A stretch of DNA of 64,000 bases from Candidatus Saccharimonadota bacterium (lineage in GTDB: Bacteria; Patescibacteriota; Saccharimonadia; Saccharimonadales; SZUA-47), in the NCBI GenBank assembly GCA_016700315.1, contig CP065013.1, forward strand, positions 129,449 to 193,448, in the 5' to 3' direction. The notes beneath the pieces are model-generated. The model made no database searches and was not told the DNA's origin. It saw only the letters and a program-made list of their open reading frames with translations. Position 1 is the first letter of the stretch. Each line of letters starts with the position of its first letter. Positions 34,751 to 44,700 of this stretch are shown here, piece by piece. A program made the translations under genes and the position numbers.

Positions 34751-37700
34751 GTTAGCACTTAGTGCACCGTCAGCTACACTACCTGATGAGCTAATAGTTA
34801 GAGCATCACTAATGTTAGTGTCGGTTAATTGTCCAGTGTAGCTTAGACTACCTAGAGCCAGAGTACCGCTGCTGAGAGTGCCGGTGTTATCTGCATCGAA
34901 GATGTAGGCTTCAACTTGAGCTTCGGTTAGAACAGTATCCGAATCTGCATCTGTACCACAGTACCAAGCAGTACCATTGAACTTAATTACTTCTCCATTA
35001 TTACAAGAGTTACTAGCAATGTCGGCGAAGGTAATAGTACCGTTAGCAATATCTGCACTGCTGACTTCACCGTCAGTTATCTCACTAGATTCAATGCTAG
35101 TACCTAGTGTTGAGCTAATGACATTACCGCCGCTGATGTTAATGCCAGTACCAGCTGTGTAGGTAGTGTCGGTGTCAGTGTCGGTATCACAATTCCAGCC
35201 AGCAGCTAGTGGGCCAGCACCGTCTGGATCGGTTGTGTAGTACTTGAGGATTTGGCTGTCACTGCTACAGTTAGCTAGTTTAGCTAGAGTGACTGCACCG
35301 TCAGTGATGTCTACAGTAGCAATAGTACCGTTGGCAATATCTGCGCTAGTGATGGTGCCGTCTAGTATCTCGTCACTAGTAACAGCATCAGTATTAATAT
35401 CTGCTGCGGTTATAGTGTTGTCTGCTATTAGGGTGGAGGTAATAGCACTAGTAGCTATGTTAGAAGTAGTAATAGTTGAGCTAGCAATGTCGGTACCAGT
35501 AACTGTACCATCGGTTATCTCACTACTGTCTATGCTTGAAGCAAAGTCAGTACGTAGAGTCAGAGTAACTGTGCCACCAAGGCTAGCCGTGCCACCACCA
35601 GTTAGGCCAGTACCGGCTGTAACAGTGATGCCGCTGTTGACTAGTTTAGCGTTAGTAATAGTAGCGTCAGCAATATCTGCAGCTACAATGGTGCCATCGA
35701 CTATCTCGCTACTGTCTATGCTAGTTCCTAGTGTAGCGGCAATGGTTAGAGTATCTGTAGTACCGTTACCAGTAATAGTAATACCAGCTCCATCACTTAG
35801 GTTAGAGTATCTGTACTACTATCTGCTACTGGGTTAGTACCGTTAGATACAGCGATTGTTTCGAAGGAGTTACCTGCTCCGCCGCCCGTTGCATCAGTTG
35901 CACAGGCCCAGGCTGAACCGTTCCACTTCATGATGTCGTTAGTGCTACAGCCGTTCTGGGCGATGTTGCTAAAGAGGATGGTTGAGCTGGCGATGTCAGT
36001 ACCTATGACAGTACCGTCAGTTATCTCGCTAGATTCTATGGTTTGACCTAGTTTAGTCACGTTAGCACTTAGTGCACCGTCAGCTACACTACCTGATGAG
36101 CTAATAGTTAGAGCATCACTAATGTTAGTGTCGGTTAATTGTCCAGTGTAGCTTAGACTACCTAGAGCTAGAGTACCGCTGCTGAGAGTGCCGGTGTTAT
36201 CTGCATCGAAGATGTAGGCTTCAACTTGAGCTTCGGTTAGAACAGTATCCGAATCTGCATCTGTACCACAGTACCAAGCAGTACCATTGAACTTAATTAC
36301 TTCTCCATTATTACAAGAGTTACTAGCAATGTCGGCGAAGGTAATAGTACCGTTAGCAATATCTGCACTGCTGACTTCACCGTCAGTTATCTCACTAGAT
36401 TCAATGCTAGTACCTAGTGTTGAGCTAATGACATTACCGCCGCTGATGTTAATGCCAGTACCAGCTGTGTAGGTAGTGTCGGTGTCAGTGTCGGTATCAC
36501 AATTCCAGCCAGCAGCTAGTGGGCCAGCACCGTCTGGATCGGTTGTGTAGTACTTGAGGATTTGGCTGTCACTGCTACAGTTAGCTAGCTTAGCTAGAGT
36601 GACTGCACCGTCAGTGATGTCTACAGTAGCAATAGTACCGTTGGCAATATCTGCGCTAGTGATGGTGCCGTCTAGTATCTCGTCACTAGTAACAGCATCA
36701 GTATTAATATCTGCTGCGGTTATAGTGTTGTCTGCTATTAGGGTGGAGGTAATAGCACTAGTAGCTATGTTAGAAGTAGTAATAGTTGAGCTAGCAATGT
36801 CGGTACCAGTAATAGTGCCATTAGTTATCTCACTACTGTCTATGCTTGAACCAAAGTCATTAAGTAGAGTCAGAGTAACTGTACCACCAAGGCTAACTGT
36901 GCCACCACCAGTTAGGCCAGTGCCGGCTGTAACAGTGATGCCGCTGTTGACTAGTTTAGCGTTAGTAATAGTAGCGTCAGCAATATCTGCAGCTACAATG
37001 GTGCCATCGACTATCTCGCTACTGTCTATGCTAGTTCCTAGTGTAGCGGCAATGGTTAGAGTATCTGTCGTACCGTTACCAGTAATAGTAATACCAGCTC
37101 CATCACTTAGGGTTAGAGTATCTGTACTACTATCTGCAACTGGGTTAGTACCGTTAGATACAGCGATTGTTTCGAAGGAGTTACCTGCTCCGCCGCCCGT
37201 TGCATCAGTTGCACAGGCCCAGGCTGAACCGTTCCACTTCATGATGTCACCACTGCCACAGCCGTTCTGGGCGATGTTGCTAAAGAGGATGGTTGAGCTG
37301 GCGATGTCAGTACCTATGACAGTACCGTCTGTTATCTCGCTAGATTCTATGGTTTGACCTAGTTTAGTCACGTTAGCACTTAGTGCACCGTCAGCTACAC
37401 TACCTGATGAGCTAATAGTTAGAGCATCACTAATGTTAGTGTCGGTTAATTGTCCGGTGTAGCTTAGACTACCTAGAGCTAGAGTACCGCTGCTGAGAGT
37501 GCCGGTGTTATCTGCATCGAAGATGTAGGCTTCAACTTGAGCTTCGGTTAGAACAGTATCCGAATCTGCGTCTGTACCACAGTACCAAGCAGTACCATTG
37601 AACTTAATTACTTCTCCATTATTACAAGAGTTACTAGCAATGTCGGCGAAGGTAATAGTACCGTTAGCAATATCTGCACTGCTGACTTCACCGTCAGTTA

Positions 37701-39105
37701 TCTCACTAGATTCAATGCTAGTACCTAGGGTTGAGCTAATGACATTACCGCCGCTGATGTTAATGCCAGTACCAGCTGTGTAGGTAGTGTCGGTGTCAGT
37801 GTCGGTATCACAATTCCAGCCAGCAGCTAGTGGGCCAGCACCGTCTGGATCAGTTGTGTAGTACTTGAGGATTTGGCTGTCACTGCTACAGTTAGCTAGC
37901 TTAGCTAGAGTGACTGCACCGTCAGTGATGTCTACAGTAGCAATAGTACCGTTGGCAATATCTGCGCTAGTGATGGTGCCGTCTAGTATCTCGTCACTAG
38001 TAACAGCATCAGTATTAATATCTGCTGCGGTTATAGTGTTGTCTGCTATTAGGGTGGAGGTAATAGCACTAGTAGCTATGTTAGAAGTAGTAATAGTTGA
38101 GCTAGCAATGTCAGTACCAGTAACTAGTGCCATTAGTTATCTCACTACTGTCTATGCTTGAACCAAAGTCATTAAGTAGAGTCAGAGTAACTGTACCACC
38201 AAGGCTAACTGTGCCACCACCAGTTAGGCCAGTGCCGGCTGTAACAGTGATGCCACTGTTGACTAGTTTAGCGTTAGTAATAGTAGCGTCAGCAATATCT
38301 GCAGCTACTATGGTGCCATCGACTATCTCGCTACTGTCTATGCTAGTTCCTAGTGTAGCGGCAATGGTTAGAGTATCTGTCGTACCGTTACCAGTAATAG
38401 TAATACCAGCTCCATCACTTAGGGTTAGAGTATCTGTACTGCTATCTGCTACTGGGTTAGTGCCGTTAGATACAGCTATTGTTTCGAAGGAGTTACCTGC
38501 TCCGCCGCCCGTTGCATCAGTTGCACAGGCCCAGGCTGAACCGTTCCACTTCATGATGTCGTTAGTGCTACAGCCGTTCTGGGCGATGTTGCTAAAGAGG
38601 ATGGTTGAGCTGGCGATGTCAGTACCTATGACAGTACCGTCTGTTATCTCGCTAGATTCTATGGTTTGACCTAGTTTAGTCACGTTAGCACTTAGTGCAC
38701 CGTCAGCTACACTACCTGATGAGCTAATAGTTAGAGCATCACTAATGTTAGTGTCGGTTAATTGTCCAGTGTAGCTTAGACTACCTAGAGCTAGAGTACC
38801 GCTGCTGAGAGTGCCGGTGTTATCTGCATCGAAGATGTAGGCTTCAACTTGAGCTTCGGTTAGAACAGTATCCGAATCTGCATCTGTACCACAGTACCAA
38901 GCAGTACCATTGAACTTAATTACTTCTCCATTATTACAAGAGTTACTAGCAATGTCGGCGAAGGTAATAGTACCGTTAGCAATATCTGCACTGCTGACTT
39001 CACCGTCAGTTATCTCACTAGATTCAATGCTAGTACCTAGTGTTGAGCTAATGACATTACCGCCGCTGATGTTAATGCCAGTACCAGCTGTGTAGGTAGT
39101 GTCGG
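31955..39105 (-). repeat. Tandem array of 1,311-bp (437-aa) units, ~5.45 copies, ~98-99% nucleotide identity
   Basis: Landmark strings recur at 32355, 33666, 34977, 36287, 37598 and 38910. The spacings are 1311, 1311, 1310, 1311 and 1312. I counted ~15 substitutions in ~1,050 aligned nt between two adjacent copies. Confidence 0.9.
35797..38133 (-). CDS. Giant surface protein E, middle segment (shifted frame, between the two frameshifts)
   Basis: 778 aa of the same 437-aa repeat units read in a different frame. It stops at TAA 35797-35799, which is created by loss of one G at 35800-35801. Confidence 0.7.
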   Translation of the reverse strand: MALVTGTDIASSTITTSNIATSAITSTLIADNTITAADINTDAVTSDEILDGTITSADIANGTIATVDITDGAVTLAKLANCSSDSQILKYYTTDPDGAGPLAAGWNCDTDTDTDTTYTAGTGINISGGNVISSTLGTSIESSEITDGEVSSADIANGTITFADIASNSCNNGEVIKFNGTAWYCGTDADSDTVLTEAQVEAYIFDADNTGTLSSGTLALGSLSYTGQLTDTNISDALTISSSGSVADGALSANVTKLGQTIESSEITDGTVIGTDIASSTILFSNIAQNGCGSGDIMKWNGSAWACATDATGGGAGNSFETIAVSNGTNPVADSSTDTLTLSDGAGITITGNGTTDTLTIAATLGTSIDSSEIVDGTIVAADIADATITNAKLVNSGITVTAGTGLTGGGTVSLGGTVTLTLLNDFGSSIDSSEITNGTITGTDIASSTITTSNIATSAITSTLIADNTITAADINTDAVTSDEILDGTITSADIANGTIATVDITDGAVTLAKLANCSSDSQILKYYTTDPDGAGPLAAGWNCDTDTDTDTTYTAGTGINISGGNVISSTLGTSIESSEITDGEVSSADIANGTITFADIASNSCNNGEVIKFNGTAWYCGTDADSDTVLTEAQVEAYIFDADNTGTLSSGTLALGSLSYTGQLTDTNISDALTISSSGSVADGALSANVTKLGQTIESSEITDGTVIGTDIASSTILFSNIAQNGCSTNDIMKWNGSAWACATDATGGGAGNSFETIAVSNGTNPVADSSTDTLT

Positions 39106-40711
39106 TGTCAGTAGAAGGGACCCAACCAGTACCATTCCACTTTAGAACTTCACCAGACGATGCGCCTTGTTGGGCCAGGTTGAAGGTCGTACCAACTAGG
39201 CTTAGACCCTGCCCAGCGCTATACGTAGTTCCCACAGGTACTGCACAAGCGAACGCGACCCCGTTCCATACGGGAGCTTCGCCATTTGAGCTACAACTGA
39301 GGCCGCTAACCGTATCGCCACTGCGTGAAAATAGGCCATTGCCCGTAAAGGTTAGGGGATTCTCTTTGGAGTTGAATGTTACCCAATCTGTACTAGTCAG
39401 AAGGCCAGTAGTTGTATTCGATGCCGAGTTGATTGTTATTACACCACTAGAAACTGTAGCATTAGATAACGTTAAGGCACCCGAAGCCCCATTGATAGAA
39501 GCTACTCCATTTGCTCCGGGACACGTAGTGAAGATCGGAGCGCCCGAAGTACTGACCAAGCACTGACCAGCACTTGCTGCGCTGGCAGTCTGTAGCGCAC
39601 CAGCCCCGCCGCCAATCACTACGCCGTTGTTGGTGATACTGGTTAGCCCCGTACCACCCGAACTAACGCTGAGAGCAGTAGATAAAATAAGTCCAGAAAA
39701 TGTTGGGCTGGCACTTGTATCGATGTTCTGTACTGTGTTGGCTACGCCAGCAGCAACAGTAAAGTTGATGCCGTTGAACTGAGCTATTCCCTTAGCTGAT
39801 GTGGAGGCATCATTGATTGTGATAGTACTACCAGAAGCTGAAGAGTCTGCTACTGCTAGGTTACCAGCGAGTCCGTTAAGACTAGTTACGCCTGCACCGA
39901 CTCCACCTGGACACACACCGAAGGCGGGCGCTCCAGCCGTGCTAAGCAAACACAACCCCGCTGTGGCTGTTGATGCAGTTGTTACAGGAGAACTTCCGTT
40001 ACCAAGTAAAACCCCGTTTGGAGTCAAACTTGTAGCACCCGTACCCCCAGAACCAACAGCAAGTGCGTTCGAAAGATTAACACCTGAAAAAGTTGGTACT
40101 GCAGTCGGATTCAAAGATTGAGGCAATGAGATCGAGGCAATACCGTTAGCTGTGCTAACATTTATGTCCCCGGCTGTACCGTTTACACCGAGCAAACCAC
40201 TCGAACTGATAGTAGTTCCGTTGATAGCAATGCCTGCTCCTGGAACTAGACTAACCGCACCAGTTTGACCTTGCAGACTCGTGACACCGGCGACTGTTGG
40301 TGCAGCAGTTTGCTGGTTGTTGGCTTCTGTAGTCGGCAGCTGCACAAATTTACTGCCGTCGTAATACTGTAAGGTTGAGGTAGCAGAGTCAAAAACCAAA
40401 GTTCCCGGCTTAGCGTTAGCCGGTAGGGACTGCGGCAAAATTGTTATCGGCCCGTTAAGCTGTAAATTGGGATTTATGGTCAAAGTCTGACCAGCAAAAC
40501 CTAGACTTTTACCATCATCTGATAGATAGCCGTTAACAGAGGCTTTTTGATAGCCTACATTCAGCGAAGAATTTTTCTTGGAAGCAAAATAGAATGCTAA
40601 AAGACTGAGTAAGAAAACAATTATCATAAGTAGCACAATAATCACTCCACGACGAAGAAAGGACCAGAAACCGTAGTCTTCTCTATTGTAATGAGGTTGT
40701 GTTGGCTGCAT
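38111..40711 (-). CDS. Giant surface protein E, 5' segment (N-terminal anchor plus unique stalk plus first repeat unit)
   Basis: ATG at 40711 preceded by AAAATAAAAACAAAATCAAA. TM helix VIIVLLMIIVFLLSLLAFYF. Terminates at 38111 immediately after an extra C at 38124. Confidence 0.75.
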   Translation of the reverse strand: MQPTQPHYNREDYGFWSFLRRGVIIVLLMIIVFLLSLLAFYFASKKNSSLNVGYQKASVNGYLSDDGKSLGFAGQTLTINPNLQLNGPITILPQSLPANAKPGTLVFDSATSTLQYYDGSKFVQLPTTEANNQQTAAPTVAGVTSLQGQTGAVSLVPGAGIAINGTTISSSGLLGVNGTAGDINVSTANGIASISLPQSLNPTAVPTFSGVNLSNALAVGSGGTGATSLTPNGVLLGNGSSPVTTASTATAGLCLLSTAGAPAFGVCPGGVGAGVTSLNGLAGNLAVADSSASGSTITINDASTSAKGIAQFNGINFTVAAGVANTVQNIDTSASPTFSGLILSTALSVSSGGTGLTSITNNGVVIGGGAGALQTASAASAGQCLVSTSGAPIFTTCPGANGVASINGASGALTLSNATVSSGVITINSASNTTTGLLTSTDWVTFNSKENPLTFTGNGLFSRSGDTVSGLSCSSNGEAPVWNGVAFACAVPVGTTYSAGQGLSLVGTTFNLAQQGASSGEVLKWNGTGWVPSTDTDTTYTAGTGINISGGNVISSTLGTSIESSEITDGEVSSADIANGTITFADIASNSCNNGEVIKFNGTAWYCGTDADSDTVLTEAQVEAYIFDADNTGTLSSGTLALGSLSYTGQLTDTNISDALTISSSGSVADGALSANVTKLGQTIESSEITDGTVIGTDIASSTILFSNIAQNGCSTNDIMKWNGSAWACATDATGGGAGNSFETIAVSNGTNPVADSSTDTLTLSDGAGITITGNGTTDTLTIAATLGTSIDSSEIVDGTIVAADIADATITNAKLVNSGITVTAGTGLTGGGTVSLGGTVTLTLLNDFGSSIDSSEITNGTSYWY

Positions 40712-40935
40712 TTTGATTTTGTTTTTATTTTAGCTTTAGTGCTTAATTCAAATTATCCTCCGTAAAACAGATTGGAACAATAAGAATTAATAATAAATTT
40801 GTTCAGGAATTTTGCTAATATTAATCAATAAATTTTATTGCTTTTGATGTTTTTTACACATCGTTAACGATAATTACGGGGTTGTTCTCGTTGAAAAGGA
40901 TTATAACAGATAGGACTTCAGCAAGAAAACGACAT

Positions 40936-40964
40936 AAAAAAAACAACGACGCCACAGTCGCTGT
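40936..40964 (-). terminator. Rho-independent terminator after rplU
   Basis: Minus-strand RNA is ACAGCGAC-UGUGGC-GUCGUUGU followed by U7. The stem is 8 bp with one G-U pair. Confidence 0.7.
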
Positions 40965-40983
40965 TTTAGTTATCCACAAGCGC

Positions 40984-41277
40984 TTATGCTATTTTTGTAA
41001 CTTTGAGCTCAACTTTGGCTTGTTTGTGGCCACGTACTTTCATCACACGTTTTTTGGCCTTGTAACGTACGGCGGTAACTTTATCGCCACGTACGGCATT
41101 ATCCTCGACGCTAAGTTCCACCTTACCGCCGCCAAACGTAGTCTTGTCGCCGTCAATCAGACAGACGCAATCTACGGATACTTTTTTTTCATCAGCAACA
41201 TCCATGACAGCCGTTACCGTATCACCTTCTGATACGATAAACTGTGATGCGCCAAGTTTAATAACTGCTTTCTTCAT
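40984..41277 (-). CDS. rplU: 50S ribosomal protein L21
   Basis: MKKAVIKLGASQFIVSEGDTV...KVTAVRYKAKKRVMKVRGHKQAKVELKVTKI matches the L21 pattern in size and motifs. Confidence 0.85.
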   Translation of the reverse strand: MKKAVIKLGASQFIVSEGDTVTAVMDVADEKKVSVDCVCLIDGDKTTFGGGKVELSVEDNAVRGDKVTAVRYKAKKRVMKVRGHKQAKVELKVTKIA

Positions 41278-41345
41278 TTTACCTACTTATAACTTACTAT
41301 TTAGCTCATATTACCAGATACGACAACTAAAGTAAACGGCTCAGA

Positions 41346-41735
41346 TTAAGTTCTTTTTTGATTCTTTTTCTCTAGCTGGTTAATTCTGGCGTGATTGAGG
41401 CCGTAATAATGCGCAATTTCATGCCAAAGCGTTCGTTTTACTTGTTCTCGAAAATTGACTAGATCAGCTGAGACTTCGAGCAAAGGATTCTTAAAAAGCG
41501 TAATTTTACTAGGAAGCCTGCTCACTCCATAACTTTCAGTTTTGGGTACGCCCTCAAACAAACCAAGTAAGAGACTGCTCCTTCTTAGCTTAAGTTCTTT
41601 CTCTTGAGCTTCAGTGGGATTATCCTGATAAGTTATAGCTACGTTTTGCATATGTTTTATGTAGTCTTGCGGAAGCTCATCCATCACACTGGCAATGATA
41701 TCGTTAAACTGTTTGTCGTCGATTTCTAGGGTCAT
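41346..41735 (-). CDS. Zincin-like metallopeptidase family protein (DUF1025/Zincin_1-like)
   Basis: 129 aa. LPQDYIKHMQNVAITYQDNP near the N-terminus and HEIAHYYG near the C-terminus. Confidence 0.65.
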   Translation of the reverse strand: MTLEIDDKQFNDIIASVMDELPQDYIKHMQNVAITYQDNPTEAQEKELKLRRSSLLLGLFEGVPKTESYGVSRLPSKITLFKNPLLEVSADLVNFREQVKRTLWHEIAHYYGLNHARINQLEKKNQKRT

Positions 41736-41740
41736 TGTGA

Positions 41741-44700
41741 CTAGGCCTTAACTAGCTGCATCTTAAGTTTTAACCCGTCAATATTCACATCTGTCAATTG
41801 CGATGCATCACTCGCGCTATATTCAACCGACTCTGCTAAAGTCTCATTTTTAATGGCAGCTTCGTGCTCTTTAATAGCCAGCAGAAGCTGCTCAGAGTCA
41901 GTAGCAAGGCTTAAACGTATACGATCATCAACATTTAGCCCAGCTTCTTTTCGAGCATTCTGAACAAAACGAATAACCTCACGCACTAAGCCTTCTCGTT
42001 TCAGCTCGGGCGTAAGGGATTTCTTAATCGTAAGACTGCTACCCTCAAAAGCCATACTCACCAGTCCTGGCTCGCCACCCTTTGCACCGTAACCCGCAGC
42101 CACCGGGGTATTAACTACTTCTTTCACATTGACTTCTTCAGCAATAACTTGCTCGTAAAAATCACCGAGTTTTTCGCTAGGATAAGCAACCAATTGTAGC
42201 GGTTGCCGAACTTTTATTGAACCAAAATCGTCTTGCTGCATTCGCAGCGACAATCCCTTTTCAATAATCGATCTAGTTCGCAGCATATCTGTAATTACTT
42301 CTTCGTCTATTTTGCCCAAAGCCGGCCAATCTTGTAGGTGGACTGATTCGCTTAAGCCAGTCATTTTACTATATAATTCCTCAGCCATGAATGGCACAAA
42401 AGGCGCTAAGATAACGCTAAGCCTAGTTAGTACATAGTGCAGAGTTTTATAGGCATCAGCCTTATCGCCGTCGTCTTCGCTTTTCCAAAATCGGCGGCGA
42501 CTGCGGCGAACATACCAATTGCTGGCGTCGTCGATGAATGGTAGGATTGGACTCATCGCATCTGGAAGATTGTAATTGTCCATATATTCTTTGACCTCTG
42601 CCTGCAATTGATGCAGCCTAGAAACTACCCAGATATCTAAAGGGTTATTAAGCGACTCTGATGGGTCGGATGTGTATCCGTCCCACTCCCATTCATCAAC
42701 TTCAGCGTACATGGTAAAGAAGTCGTACATATTCCAAATCATACTTAGCTTTCTAGCTACGTCTCCGACTTCTTTATCCTGCAGAGCGAAGTCCTCACCT
42801 GAAAGCAGGGGCGAACTAGCTAGCAGGAATCGTAGCGAGTCGGCTGAGAATTTATCCATCAGCTCGTTAGGATCTGTATAGTTGCCATAGCTTTTGCTCA
42901 TTTTGCGGCCATCGTTGCCAGCAACATTACCGGTGACAATAACATTCTTGAAAGCGTGCGTACCAAACAACCCAACATTGACCGCATGGACGTAATAAAA
43001 CCAAGCCCTTACCTGACCGACGTACTCGACTATAAAGTCTCCGGGAAAATTCGCCTCAAATTTTTCTTTGTTCTCAAACGGATAATGGAACTGAGCGAAT
43101 GGCATGCTACCTGATTCAAACCAACAATCAATTACTTTATCAATACGGCTATATTCAACACCGTCTATTGTAAACTTTACATCGTCAACCCAGGGCCTAT
43201 GATAGTCTTCTAGTTCTACACCAGATAACTCTTTGAGCTCAGCGTAGCTACCGATGACTTTGATGTAATCATTACCACTGCTGTCTTTGCCTTTCCAGAC
43301 CGGCATTGCTGTCGCCCAGAAACGATCACGACTGAGATTCCAGTCTGGTGCTTGTTCGATTGTTTTCTGAAAACGACCGGACTTGACGTGTTCTGGAAAC
43401 CAATAAATTGGCTTATTTTGTTCGATCATCAGCTCTCTTTGTCCGGCAATATCCATGAACCAACTAGGATGGGCTCTATACATCAGCTTGGTACCACAAC
43501 GATGGCAATGAGGGTAAGAGTGACGAATGTAGTCAATTTTCCAAACGATACCTCTAGAATGTAGGTCTTTGGCTATTTGTTTGTTAATCTCCCAAACGTT
43601 TTGGCCGGCCCATTCGCCTTCAGTAAATAGGCCATTTTCATCGATTGTATGAACGATAGGAATGCCATTTGCCTTGGCAAGCACGAAATCTTCCTCGCCG
43701 TAGGCTGGTGCCAAGTGGACGATGCCTGTGCCAGCCTCAGTTTCGACATAATCAGCATGCCAGACCTTATGCGCATTCTCTCCTCGATCAACTCCCAGAA
43801 GATTCTGGTAGCTTTTGCCTAGTAGCTCCTGGCCTTTAAATTCTCTGTTTATCTGAAAGTCGAGTCGCTGGTGCTTTTCGTCCGTCAAGACTTTGTCTAC
43901 TAATTCTTTGGCGACCACAAACTCCTCTTCGCCAACTCGCACTTCAACATAGTCAAAATTCTTATTTACAGCTAGCGCCGTGTTAGCTGGGAGTGTCCAA
44001 GGAGTCGTTGTCCAGGCTAGCAGCACTCGACCGTCCTCAAGTTTAAACTTCACATAAACACTCGGATCAGTGACGTCTTGGTAAGCGCCAGCATCCATAG
44101 TAACTTCGGCTTTTGAAAGTGGCGTAGCATCTAGTGTGCAGTACATGAGAACCTTTTCACCCTCGTAGATTTTGCCCTTTTCATAAAGCTCCTTGAACGC
44201 CCACCATACAGACTCCATGTAGTCTTTGTCCATGGTCTTATATGCTCCCTTGAAGTCGACCCAACGGCCGATGCGGTCTACCACATCTTCCCATTCGCCA
44301 CTAGTCTGAACCATATTGGATCGGCAAGCTAAAATATATTTCTCAATACCATAATCAATAACCTCTTCACGGGAATTGATGCCTAGTTTTTTCTCTGTGA
44401 AACGTTCGGCTGGCAATCCGTGACAATCCCAGCCCCAAACTCGCTCCACGCGTTTACCGTTCATTGTTTGATAACGAGGTACGATGTCCTTGATGATAGA
44501 GCTCAGTAGCGTACCGTGATGCGGATTACCAGATATGAACGGTGGTCCATCATAGAATACATAGGAGTTATCGTGGCTTCGGTTTTGGACTGACTTCTCG
44601 AAAGTTTTATCATCTTTCCACTTTTGTACCCAATACTTTTCATACTCAAGTGCTCGACGTCTTGTCCCTGATTTGTATTTCAACCTTGTTATCTCCTTTA

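Larger units (their letters stand above)
25685..40711 (-). pseudogene. Gene E as one unit: 15,027 nt, ~5,008 aa if both 1-nt lesions are repaired (either a true pseudogene or an assembly artefact)
   Basis: There is a +1 insertion at ~38124 and a -1 deletion at ~35800. The outer segments share a frame. All three pieces encode the same repeat family without internal stops. Confidence 0.7.

Noticed and set aside
35790-38135. Programmed ribosomal frameshifting as the explanation for the two frame changes in gene E
   Set aside because: I see no slippery heptamer or downstream stimulatory structure. The first shift runs into a stop within ~4 codons, and the second creates an immediate TAA. Both sites differ from sister repeat copies by a simple 1-nt indel. 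A mutation or an assembly error is more parsimonious.
28480-39105. Possible CRISPR array or satellite, because of the regular repeats
   Set aside because: The period is 1,311 bp, the sequence is fully coding and in frame, and there is no short repeat-spacer alternation. It is a protein-coding tandem repeat.
1633-40121. Dozens of plus-strand ORFs of 60-300 aa inside the giant genes (for example 3728-4324, 16596-17300, 18258-18845, 28398-29138, 30645-31550, 32622-33425 and their copies)
   Set aside because: They are antisense shadows of the minus-strand giant genes. Their V/P/S/L/A-rich low-complexity translations are the mirror image of T/G/S/N/D-rich codons. They repeat with the same 1,311-nt period and break exactly where the minus-strand frameshifts occur. 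None has an independent promoter or SD context.
40882-41335. Plus-strand ORFs 40882-41232 and 41144-41335, and 55744-55986
   Set aside because: They are antisense to the well-supported ribosomal protein genes rplU and rpsU.
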